From positions 213 through 64,212 of the forward strand of contig JBJKVP010000005.1 in the NCBI GenBank assembly GCA_045562535.1: a stretch of 64,000 nt of DNA, read 5' to 3'. This stretch comes from Dehalococcoidia bacterium (GTDB lineage Bacteria; Chloroflexota; Dehalococcoidia; UBA6926). Under the pieces are notes generated by a model that had not been told where the DNA came from, did not search any database, and saw nothing but the letters and a program-made list of their open reading frames with translations. The number at the start of each line of letters is the position of its first letter. Position 1 is the stretch's first letter. Below are positions 27,601 to 36,600 of the stretch, in pieces. Made by a program: the position numbers and the translations under genes.

Positions 27601-29070
27601 GATTTAGATTGTGGTACTGAAGAAGGATTGCTAATCAAGGCTGACAGTGAGCCATCTGTTTTGGGCAGCCTAAAAGAACATATAGTTGGTCGAATGGCTG
27701 CGAAAGCTGTTTTACATCCTAAGACCGGAGATATGATCGTAAATAGAAATGAAGAAATAGATGAAACTACTGCTGCACTAATTGAAGACCTTAATTTTGA
27801 AAGCGTTTTAGTCAGGAGTCCCTTAACTTGCATTGCGAATCAAGGTCTTTGCAGGCTTTGCTATGGTAGATCATTGGCTAAAGGGCGGTTAGTAGAAAAA
27901 GGTGAAGCTTTAGGAATTATTGCAGCTCAATCGATTGGTGAACCTGGTACCCAGTTAACGATGCGAACTTTCCATACTGGAGGAGTTGCAGGAGTTGATA
28001 TTACAAGCGGACTTCCACGGGTAGAAGAATTATTCGAGGCACGAATCCCTAAAATGGTAGCCCCAATCGCAGAGATATCTGGAGTTGTTAATTTAATTGA
28101 CGATAAAGATGGCAGACGGATTCACATTATTAATGAAGAGATCATGAGTAAAGAATATATAGTTCCTGAAGATCATCGGGCCGTTGTGAAAAATGGGGAC
28201 CCGATTGATGTAGGAACTGAACTATTCCGAGCAATAAAACGTCGTAAGGTAGCCGAGGTGCCAGCAGAGCCACTAGCTCCTGAAGAAATGCAGGCCGATA
28301 TACAAGGCATAGCAAAAGTCAAAGGAAAAAAAATTAGGATCGAGCATCCGATTTTAGAAGAGAGAACGTATCCTGTTCCTCCTAATATGCGCTTATTAAT
28401 TGAGCATGGTGATCGGATAGAAGCAGGCGTAGAATTGGCAGAAGGTCCTCTGAATCCACAAGATGTGTTAGCGATTAGGGGTAAAGCAAGCATTCAAAAA
28501 TATTTAGTTGATGAAGTTCAAAAAGTCTATAGATCTCAAGGTGTCGTAATCCACGACAAGCATATTGAAATTATTGCACGTCAGATGTTGAGAAGGGTAC
28601 GTATTGATTACCCTGGAGAGAGTGGATTTTTGCATAGTGAATTAGTAGACCGGCTACTTTGGCAAGCTAAGAATGTAAAATTAGAAGAAGAAGGCAAAGA
28701 ACTCGCTACGGCAGAAACCGTTTTGCTCGGTGTTACGAAAGTTTCGTTAAGCACTGAAAGTTTTCTAGCGGCCTCTTCTTTCCAAGAAACTACAAGAGTA
28801 CTGACAGAAGCTGCTCTTTTCGGCAAAGTAGATATGCTACAAGGTCTAAAAGAAAATGTGATAATCGGAAGGTTAATTCCTGCCCAATTAGAGTCTCAAA
28901 TTGTAGAAGAACGACTGCAAGCTGAAGCTGAAATTGCCGCTCTAGCTGAAATTGAAGAAGGAGAAGAGGAAATTACTCCTGAGAGATCTCAAGATGATGA
29001 GGATGGATTGCGAGCCCTTGCTGCTCTGTTGAATTCCTCAGTTGATGAAGATAATTCGGGAGAAAACTAG
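24649..29070 (+). CDS. rpoC: DNA-directed RNA polymerase subunit beta'
   Basis: 1473 aa. Motifs seen: Zn-finger [35 protein letters not shown], and trigger loop/bridge helix blocks. The gene overlaps the rpoB stop by 11 nt. Confidence 0.97.
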   Translation: MTDSDFSAIRISIASPDQIRAWSYGEVTKPETINYRNQKPEKDGLFDERIFGPTKDFECYCGKYKRIRYRGVICDRCGVEVTRAKVRRERMGHINLAAPVAHIWFAKGTPGWLGLLLDMTPRNLERVLYYAQYIITKIDKDQKAKLLAEYSSGQTDVDNVVQDEKESALNQITDTRDETVTAIDQQIEDLENNLQSEFADKLQPIRDEMAIAQKFLDENKRKRNHEGLTFLGKSIVESKQTIAKVHTGVLAQAVKELMDEVTGKKGIQTKTEIEELISEKHRVIDSADEQTSKIIKLSATRLKDAFKAIDEKRSEIENIKPLKTLTENMYRELTDRYPKLFTASMGAEALLDILGNLNLDNMRTDLFKEASEGTGQKAKKAAKRLRVIEAFRKSENNPQWMVMSVLPVLPPDLRPMVQLDGGRFATSDLNDLYRRVINRNNRLRRLIKLGAPEIIVRNEKRMLQEAVDALIDNGRRGRTLTGSHNHKLKSLSDMLRGKQGRFRQNLLGKRVDYSGRSVIVVGSSLKLNQCGLPKKMALELFKPFVINRLVMNGFAPNIKSAKRSVERMRPEVWDLLEEVIKDRPVFLNRAPTLHRLGIQAFEPVLVEGNAIQIHPLVCSAYNADFDGDQMAVHVPIGRKAIAEARKLMLSTHNMLLPSSGDPVVAPTLDIVVGCYYLTTIEDKVKGEGKIFHDYDDVKLAYELRQIDLRAKVTIKKGIAINPDGEKISLLPRFMTNQDSSTFVVEPLVQLPLPDDWTMESIETSVGRILFNQVFPNTVDYRNQVVDKTALKDIVSECYQKVDNDTTALVLDDVKKLGFHFATESGLTIALSDINVPPEKEAMLEEADKRVSEVERNYQRGLMTAEEEEVRTIDIWQDVNHQMENVINERLPEFGNLYLMAGSGAKGNIAQIKQMVGMRGLMADPKGKILPLPIRSSFREGLTVLEYFISTHGARKGLADTALRTADSGYLTRRLIDVSQDMIAIDLDCGTEEGLLIKADSEPSVLGSLKEHIVGRMAAKAVLHPKTGDMIVNRNEEIDETTAALIEDLNFESVLVRSPLTCIANQGLCRLCYGRSLAKGRLVEKGEALGIIAAQSIGEPGTQLTMRTFHTGGVAGVDITSGLPRVEELFEARIPKMVAPIAEISGVVNLIDDKDGRRIHIINEEIMSKEYIVPEDHRAVVKNGDPIDVGTELFRAIKRRKVAEVPAEPLAPEEMQADIQGIAKVKGKKIRIEHPILEERTYPVPPNMRLLIEHGDRIEAGVELAEGPLNPQDVLAIRGKASIQKYLVDEVQKVYRSQGVVIHDKHIEIIARQMLRRVRIDYPGESGFLHSELVDRLLWQAKNVKLEEEGKELATAETVLLGVTKVSLSTESFLAASSFQETTRVLTEAALFGKVDMLQGLKENVIIGRLIPAQLESQIVEERLQAEAEIAALAEIEEGEEEITPERSQDDEDGLRALAALLNSSVDEDNSGEN

Positions 29071-29137
29071 ATACCTTTTCATTAAAGTTATCTAGAGAAT
29101 CGAATTCTTTTGCATTTAGTGTATTTTGGTAATCGAT

Positions 29138-29863
29138 ATGTTGAAACCATCTATTAGCCGTTCACTTTCGATCTTTAGCTGGTGCTTTTTGGCAGTTTGC
29201 TTACCAGTATGTTTTGTCGCACTTAATGTTAACTGGGCATTTGGAAGCGAGAGTGTCTTTATGTATTCGGTTGATAATTTTGATGTTATTGAAAAAAGTG
29301 GTATTGGTAGGCCAGAACTTCTTAACTCAATGCGAGAAATGATTAATTATTTTAATTATTCTACAGAAATATCAAATATCCTTGTTGATAAAAATGGTCA
29401 GATAGAATACTTGTTCTCTAAAAATGAGCAAACCCATTTTGATGATGTCCGTAGTATGTTGCGCATAATTACCGTTATAGCTGGGATTTGTGGTTCAATC
29501 CTAGTGGTTTCGTTAGTAACTTTTGGTTATTCTTTGATTAAAGGCGATCGTGGCTATGGAAGTGCGATTCTTCGTTGTTTCAAAATTTCAACGCTAACTA
29601 CCTTGGGTATACTTTCGCTAATTGCTGCTGTGTCACTGATGGGTGGATTTGACTATTTGTTCTACTGGTTTCATGTTGTATCGTTTTCCAACGATTTATG
29701 GATGGGAACTGAGTCAAGTCGCATGATTCAGTTATTTCCTAGTGAATTTTTTATGCACGTATTGATAATGATTGCTGTTGCTACATTGTTGGAAATGGTG
29801 ACGGTAGTTGTAGGAGTTCAAAGTTTATTAAGGTTCTCAGATACGTATAAAAGACGTGTTTAA
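29138..29863 (+). CDS. Integral membrane protein, DUF1461/TIGR01906 (Lit-like) family
   Basis: About 241 aa with an N-terminal TM, an extracytoplasmic loop carrying an E..H..DV-like motif (NEQTHFDDVRSM), and 3-4 C-terminal TMs. The tracked ORF begins at TTG 29126. ATG 29138 is in frame. Confidence 0.45.
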   Translation: MLKPSISRSLSIFSWCFLAVCLPVCFVALNVNWAFGSESVFMYSVDNFDVIEKSGIGRPELLNSMREMINYFNYSTEISNILVDKNGQIEYLFSKNEQTHFDDVRSMLRIITVIAGICGSILVVSLVTFGYSLIKGDRGYGSAILRCFKISTLTTLGILSLIAAVSLMGGFDYLFYWFHVVSFSNDLWMGTESSRMIQLFPSEFFMHVLIMIAVATLLEMVTVVVGVQSLLRFSDTYKRRV

Positions 29864-29884
29864 GTATAATTGGTATAATATTCG

Positions 29885-30661
29885 TTGCTGGATATATTGG
29901 TAAGGGGATTGTTTTCTGGAACTATGATGAATGTCAAAGTGGTAACAACAAAAGGTGAATTAGTATTTGACGATGTATCTTCTTACCTGGAAGAGGCGAG
30001 TATTACGTCATCTGAATTTCCGAGTAATGATGTTAAGAGAATTTTTGAAGATACAAGCTTTCAACTTATATTGTTGGATATGACAGGACCAGTTGCTCGA
30101 CCATCCTTTGTTAAAGATATTATAACTGAGTCCAAAAACGGAAGATTAGTTGGTGTAATTGGGGTAATTTCAAAAAGAGAAATGACGAATGTTGATCAAG
30201 ACCTAGGTTTAGATGATTTTGTCCTTAGTCCAATTGACTATGATGAACTAATCACTCGGATAAATATTTTGAGCCATAAATACAGTTTGGCAGGACAAAA
30301 TTCACATATTATCAAAGTTGAAGATTTGATAATTGATACCGCAAGATACGAAGTATGGGTAGGTTCAAGACAAGTAACTTTAACATATAAAGAGTATGAA
30401 CTATTAAAGCTCTTGGCATCTGAGCCAACAAGAGTGTTTACAAGGGATGCTCTTCTGGATCAAGTGTGGGGGTACAACTATTTTGGTGGTACTCGTACCG
30501 TTGATGTACATGTAAGGCGTCTTAGGAGTAAATTAGAGGACTCTACACATACTTTTGTTGAAACGGTTCGTAATGTGGGGTATCGTATTAGATCTTCTGA
30601 CCAACAGAATAACCAGTTAGTAAAATATAGAGTCGCAGATAGGATGAATGAAAAAGATTAA
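29885..30661 (+). CDS. Atypical OmpR-family regulator (degenerate receiver + winged helix), GlnR-like by context
   Basis: 258 aa. The C-terminus is a winged helix: VTLTYKEYELLKLLASEP...RTVDVHVRRLRSKL...VRNVGYRI. The receiver lacks the acidic DD pair (VKVVTTKGE) and the conserved Lys (SPI replaces KPF). The central Asp (LILLDMTG) is retained. The start is uncertain (TTG 29885 or ATG 29924). Confidence 0.8.
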   Translation: MLDILVRGLFSGTMMNVKVVTTKGELVFDDVSSYLEEASITSSEFPSNDVKRIFEDTSFQLILLDMTGPVARPSFVKDIITESKNGRLVGVIGVISKREMTNVDQDLGLDDFVLSPIDYDELITRINILSHKYSLAGQNSHIIKVEDLIIDTARYEVWVGSRQVTLTYKEYELLKLLASEPTRVFTRDALLDQVWGYNYFGGTRTVDVHVRRLRSKLEDSTHTFVETVRNVGYRIRSSDQQNNQLVKYRVADRMNEKD

Positions 30662-30675
30662 CAGTCATAGAAATC

Positions 30676-30692
30676 TGTAACATATTTGTAAC
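30676..30692 (+). promoter_or_regulatory. Direct repeat TGTAAC-N5-TGTAAC upstream of glnA (candidate OmpR/GlnR-type binding site)
   Basis: TGTAAC occurs at 30676-30681 and 30687-30692, an 11-bp period. The repeat sits 41-57 nt upstream of ATG 30733 and just upstream of TATAGA / TAGTAT -10-like hexamers. It fits gTnAc-n6-GnnAc. Confidence 0.4.
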
Positions 30693-30732
30693 TTATAGAT
30701 AGTATGATTAATCAATATTTGGGGGGGATAAT

Positions 30733-32187
30733 ATGACTAACGAAAATAATATATTGGGAAAACTACATACAGGTAGAGAAGTTATTGATTACGTAAACAA
30801 TAACGGAATTTTAATAGTTGATCTCAGGTTCATAGATCTTATTGGAACCGTTCAGCATTTCTCAATACCTGCAAGCGAACTAACTGATTCCATATTTGAA
30901 TTAGGTACTGGGTTTGATGGTTCTAGTGTAAGAGGTTTCCAAGCAATAAATGAAAGTGATATGTTGATCGTTCCCGATCCCGAAACTGCTTTTGTGGACC
31001 CTGTTTTGGAACATCCAACCCTAGCGCTCATGTGTGATATCAAAGACCCAATCACGGGTGAGTCGTACAGTCGTGATCCTCGATATGTTGCTCGCAAAGC
31101 AGAAGAGTATTTAAAGAACTCAGGTATTGCTACAGTAAGCTATTGGGGCCCTGAGGTGGAGTTTTTCATTTTTGACAGTGCTAGGTTCGATTATAACTCT
31201 AACTCTGGATATCACTTTATTGATTCAGAGGAAGGTATATGGAATTCTGGGCGCGATGATGGACGGCCAAACCTAGCACATAGACCCCGACATAAAGAAG
31301 GTTATTTTCCATTACCCCCAGTTGACTCTATGCAGAATCTTAGAACGGAAATCATTTTGAAAATGATGGAAGCTGGGCTTCATATTGATAAGCATCATCA
31401 TGAAGTAGCAACTGCAGGTCAAAATGAAATCGGATTACATTATGGTAGCTTAGTTAAACAGGCAGATGCTGTTCAAGTGTACAAGTACATTGTAAAAAAT
31501 GTTGCTCTAGCAAATGGTAAAACTGCGACTTTTATGCCTAAACCTTTGTTTAATGATAATGGGACTGGAATGCATACCCACCAATCTTTATGGAACGATG
31601 ATAAACCACTTTTCTATGATAAAGACGGATATGCTGAGGGCAGTGAAACTATGTTCCATTACATAGGCGGATTGCTCAAGCATGCAAGGGCAGTGTTAGC
31701 ATTTGCCGCTCCGAGTACGAATTCTTATAAAAGGTTAGTACCGGGCTTTGAAGCTCCAACTAGTCTTGCTTACTCTCGTCGGAATCGTAGTGCAGCGTTT
31801 CGAATACCAATGTATGAGCAAGGTATACCTGCCACGAAGCGCGTCGAGTTTAGAGCCCCGGACCCATTGGCTAATACATATTTAGCTTTTTCCGCGATGC
31901 TTATGGCTGGACTTGATGGGATTCGTAACAAGATTGACCCTGGAGATGCTTTGGATCAAGATATATACGATTTAACTGATGAAGAGTTAGCAGCAATCCC
32001 GCAGGTTCCTGGGAGTTTGGAAGAAGCTCTTCAAGCACTCGAACAAGATCATGATTTTTTGCTTGAAGGAGACGTGTTTACAAAGGACGTCATTGATACT
32101 TGGATAGAATATAAAAGAGTAGAAGAAGCTGATCAAATAAGGCTAAGGCCTCATTCTTATGAGTATTTCTTATACTTTGACGGTTAA
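30733..32187 (+). CDS. glnA: Glutamine synthetase type I-beta
   Basis: 484 aa. It contains the GSI-beta-specific insertion (WNSGRDDGRPNLAHRPRHKEGYFPLPPVD) and a Tyr in the adenylylation-site context (DIYDLTDEELAAIPQVPGSLEEAL). Confidence 0.95.
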   Translation: MTNENNILGKLHTGREVIDYVNNNGILIVDLRFIDLIGTVQHFSIPASELTDSIFELGTGFDGSSVRGFQAINESDMLIVPDPETAFVDPVLEHPTLALMCDIKDPITGESYSRDPRYVARKAEEYLKNSGIATVSYWGPEVEFFIFDSARFDYNSNSGYHFIDSEEGIWNSGRDDGRPNLAHRPRHKEGYFPLPPVDSMQNLRTEIILKMMEAGLHIDKHHHEVATAGQNEIGLHYGSLVKQADAVQVYKYIVKNVALANGKTATFMPKPLFNDNGTGMHTHQSLWNDDKPLFYDKDGYAEGSETMFHYIGGLLKHARAVLAFAAPSTNSYKRLVPGFEAPTSLAYSRRNRSAAFRIPMYEQGIPATKRVEFRAPDPLANTYLAFSAMLMAGLDGIRNKIDPGDALDQDIYDLTDEELAAIPQVPGSLEEALQALEQDHDFLLEGDVFTKDVIDTWIEYKRVEEADQIRLRPHSYEYFLYFDG

Positions 32188-32317
32188 GCGAACGTTCTAA
32201 ACCATTCTCTAGGCGATTAAATGTTGCTTACAGGCGTGTTGAATAATGAACGAGCATATAAACACACATATTTTAAGAGAGATATACGTCTATCTGTTGA
32301 TTTGAAAGGTTTTTATT

Positions 32318-33658
32318 ATGGAATTGCGGTCGGATGAATCGGCCAAGGAATTTGTAACCCAGACGGTAAGGGAGCAAGGAGTCAAATTTATTCGTCTTTG
32401 GTTTACGGATATTCTTGGCAATCTGAAAGGTTTTGCTATTAGCCCTGCTCAACTCGAGGAGGCCCTTGAGACCGGTATTGGGTTTGATGGGTCAGCAATC
32501 GAAGGATTTGCTCGCACAGACGAATCTGATATGGTCGCGGTTCCTGATCCCAGTACATTTGCAATTCTACCTTGGCGACCGAAAGAGAGTGGAGTAGCAC
32601 GGATATTTGCAGATATAAAAACACCTGAGCAAGAATTCTTCGATGGTGACCCAAGGCAAGTGCTGAAAAGGAATTTAAATGCCGCTGCAGAATCTGGCTA
32701 TACTTTCTACGTTGGACCTGAGCTAGAGTATTTTTATTTCAAGAACTCAGATGACCCAACTCCTTTAGATACGGGAGGTTATTTTGATCAAATGCCAATG
32801 GATTTCGCATCTGATCTTAGAAGAGAGACTATTTTGACGCTCGAGGATATTGGGATAGAAGCTGAATATAGTCATCACGAAGTAGCTCCCAGCCAAGATG
32901 AAATTGTTTTACGATATGCAGATGCATTGACAATGGCAGATAATTGCATGACTTACCAACTTGTTGTAAAAGAAGTTGCTAGAAGACACAACGTGCATGC
33001 AACATTCATGCCTAAACCACTGATAGATGTTAACGGAAGTGGCATGCACACCCATCAAAGCTTATTTAGGGGTGATGAAAACTGTTTTTATGATCCAGAG
33101 AAACCTGATAACTTATCAGAAGTAGCATTAAGCTATATAGCGGGAATACTTCATTATGCACCCGAATTTACTTCTATTACTAATCAATGGGTCAATTCCT
33201 ATAAGCGCTTAGTTCCTGGGTTTGAAGCTCCTATATATGTTACCTGGGCAAAAAAGAATCGCTCGGATCTGATCCGTGTTCCACAAATTACAACTTCAAA
33301 CCCTATGTCAGCAAGGATTGAGTATCGTGCACCAGATCCTGCTTGTAATCCTTATCTGGCGTTCTCTGTTATGCTTGCTGCTGGATTAGAAGGTATTAAA
33401 AATAACATGAAACCTCCAAAACCTATGGAAACAAACGTCTTTGATATGTCAGAAGATGAACGTAAATCAGCTGGTATTAAAGAACTTCCAGGTAGTTTAC
33501 ATGAAGCACTATTACTTACCGAGAATAGTGATTTTGTGAAAAAAGCTCTTGGTGAGCATGTTTTTGAGAGTTTCATTAAGAATAAACGTATTGAATGGGA
33601 AAACTATAGGAGACAAGTAACGGATTACGAAATTCGGAGGTATTTGCCTGTCCTGTAA
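32318..33658 (+). CDS. glnA: Glutamine synthetase type I-alpha
   Basis: 446 aa. The N-terminus is Bacillus-type (GVKFIRLWFTDILGNLKGFAI). There is no beta insertion, and Phe replaces the adenylylation Tyr (NVFDMSEDE). Confidence 0.95.
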   Translation: MELRSDESAKEFVTQTVREQGVKFIRLWFTDILGNLKGFAISPAQLEEALETGIGFDGSAIEGFARTDESDMVAVPDPSTFAILPWRPKESGVARIFADIKTPEQEFFDGDPRQVLKRNLNAAAESGYTFYVGPELEYFYFKNSDDPTPLDTGGYFDQMPMDFASDLRRETILTLEDIGIEAEYSHHEVAPSQDEIVLRYADALTMADNCMTYQLVVKEVARRHNVHATFMPKPLIDVNGSGMHTHQSLFRGDENCFYDPEKPDNLSEVALSYIAGILHYAPEFTSITNQWVNSYKRLVPGFEAPIYVTWAKKNRSDLIRVPQITTSNPMSARIEYRAPDPACNPYLAFSVMLAAGLEGIKNNMKPPKPMETNVFDMSEDERKSAGIKELPGSLHEALLLTENSDFVKKALGEHVFESFIKNKRIEWENYRRQVTDYEIRRYLPVL

Positions 33659-33668
33659 GTAAACACTT

Positions 33669-36600
33669 TTGACAGATAGATATATAATAGATTCACTAAA
33701 GGATAAATATTTATTGATGAATGACATGGGGAAAACAAAAAAGATTGATAGTTATAGACCACCTTTATACCACTCTTCTTTTGAGAAAGATGCGTGTGGT
33801 ACAGGGTTTATAGCGCAAATTTCTGGAGAGCCAAGCCACGACCTGGTTTCAAAGGCTGTTGAAGCGGTAGTGAACTTGACTCACAGAGGTGCAGTATCTG
33901 CTGATGCAAAAACCGGTGATGGCGCTGGAATTTTAACTCAAGTACCTGCTAAATTGATTCGTAGGGAAATAGAATCTCTAGGATTTGATTTATCTTCAGA
34001 CGAAAATATTGGCATTGGAATGGTTTTCTTCCCCCCAAACGTGGACATTTCAGATGCGACTTCAATCTTTGAAAATGAAATTCGAAATAGCAAGCTGAAC
34101 TTTTTAGGCTGGAGAGAGGTGCCTGTTAACTCTACAGTACTTGGCCAACAAGCTTTAGATACTATGCCTCAAATAAAACAAGCAATTATTACTACATCTA
34201 ACTCTGTGGAAATAGAAAATTTCGAAAGAAAACTTTATGTAGCAAGAAGGAATATAGAAAAAAAAGTTCTATCGATCGAAGGATTTGATACTTTCCATAT
34301 TGCATCCCTTTCTTCTAAAACTGTTGTGTATAAAGGCCTTTTGGTGGCTCCACAACTGTCTACGTTTTATGTTGACCTTGCAGATAAAGATTATGAATCG
34401 GCTATAGCAGTATTCCACCAGAGATACTCGACAAATACTTTACCTAACTGGAATCTAGCCCAACCTTTCAGATTTTTGGGTCACAATGGTGAAATTAATA
34501 CATTACAAGGGAACAGGAACTGGCTGAGAGCTAGAGGAAATGATTTTGATTCACCTGTTTGGGAAGCATCAGATTTAGAAGCTATAATTCCTGTTACAGA
34601 TACACAAGTATCTGATTCTGGAAGTTTAGATCATGCGCTTGAACTACTTAATCGATCTGGAAGAGATATTTTGCACAGTATGGTGATGTTAATTCCAGAA
34701 GCCTGGGAAAATATGCCAAATATGGACCCAGATCTTAGAGCTTTTTATGAATATCACGCACTATTAACAGAACCTTGGGACGGTCCGGCAGCTGTTGCTT
34801 TTTCTGATGGCTCGTTGGCAGGAGCTATATTGGATCGTAATGGTTTGCGACCTGCTAGGTATCACGTTACTGAAGATGGTTTCGTTATTATGGCGTCTGA
34901 AGTGGGAGTTTTGAGAGGTCTTGATGAGTCAAAAATTATTGAGAAAGGGCGATTAGCTCCTGGAGAGATGATAGCTGTCGATACAGTGAATAATAAAATT
35001 CTTAGGAATACTGAGATCAAAAGTAATATGATCTCTGCGGATTCATATCCTGATTTGCGAGATAATATTTTAGTTAAACTTGATTCATCTGATAAAAAAG
35101 AAACTCTTAATAAACCAGTATTAGATCATGTCTCGTTACTTAGGAGACAGAAAATTTTTGGGTATACAGCTGAAGAGCCATTAATGGTGATAAAACCCAT
35201 GGTTCAAGAAGGAAAAGATGCGACATATTCTATGGGAGATGACACTCCTTTAGCTGTTCTGTCTCGACTTGCTCCACCTATTTATAACTATTTTAAACAA
35301 AGCTTCGCCCAAGTGACTAACCCTGCTATTGATCCAATAAGAGAAGCTGTTGTTATGAGTTCTAATGTTTATTTAGGACGACGGTCTAGCCTAATTGGTG
35401 AGCCAAGCCAAGACCAACATTTGTTGTCTATAGAAGGTCCAATAATATTAAATGAGGAACTTGACCAAATAAGAAATGTGAGTGATAACACCCTAAAATC
35501 TGTAACGCTTCCAACTGTATTTCCCGTATCGGGTGGCCGTTCGGAACTTGAAAAATCACTTAGTGATCTATGTGACCAAGCTGAGAGCGCTGTTGATGAC
35601 GGGTATACCATCATTATTTTGAGCGATAGAGCGGTTGATGAAAATAATGCACCAATACCGATGTTATTGGCAGTTGGTGCGGTCCATCAAGAATTGATTA
35701 AACGTGGTAAAAGAATGAAAGCAAGCATTATATGTGATAGTGGTGAACCCAGAGATGTTCATCACTATGCAAGTTTAATCGGGTACGGAGCTAGCGCAGT
35801 TAATCCTTACCTAGTGTGGGATATTCTAAGGAACTTAGCGGAGAAAGGTGAGCTTAAAGATTTAGATAACGAAGATTATCCGCTTTTGAAGTACAGAATG
35901 GCCGCAAATAACGGCATATTGAAAATAATGTCTAAAATGGGTATTTCTACCGTTACTTCATATCACGGATCCCAAATTTTCGAATGCCTTGGACTATCTC
36001 AAAAAGTAGTAGATAAATGTTTTACAGCCACATTATCGCGTTTGGGAGGAATTGGATTCGAAGAAATAGCTGATGATGTGCTGAAACGACATGATGGAGC
36101 CATTCAAGATGAAATAACAGAGAAATCAAAATTAGTCGACCATGGATTTATTAGATTCAGGAAGGCTGGCGAATTTCACGCAAATAACCCCATCGTAGTT
36201 CGAACTTTGCATAAGGCGGTTAGGAGTGGCGAATACGAAGAATACGTCCCATATCGTGATGCCATGAATAATAGACCTATATCAAGTGTGCGAGATATTT
36301 TACAGTTCAAAAGAGGAAACACCCCGATTCCACTAGAAGAAGTTGAACCGCTAGAAAATATTTGGAAACACTTTACAACAGGAGCCATGTCTTTAGGTGC
36401 CCTTAGCCCAGTAGCTCACGAAACTTTAGCAGCGGGTATGAATGCAATAGGGGCAGCTTCAGATACCGGTGAAGGTGGAGAAGACCCCAAACGGTTTAGG
36501 GGTTTGATGAACGGAATAAATGCTAACTCTAAAATTAAACAAATAGCTTCCGGGCGCTTTGGAGTAACACCTGAATATCTTTCAATGGCAGAAGAAATTG

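Noticed and set aside
29071-29125. AGAATCGAATTCTTTT after rpoC as an intrinsic terminator
   Set aside because: It is a 5-bp all-AT-rich stem with a 3-nt loop. Its stability is too low to call with confidence.
30662-30732. Glutamine riboswitch (glnA RNA motif) upstream of glnA
   Set aside because: The gap is only 71 nt, is AT-rich and has no conserved three-stem or E-loop pattern. The direct repeat is better explained as a protein-binding site.
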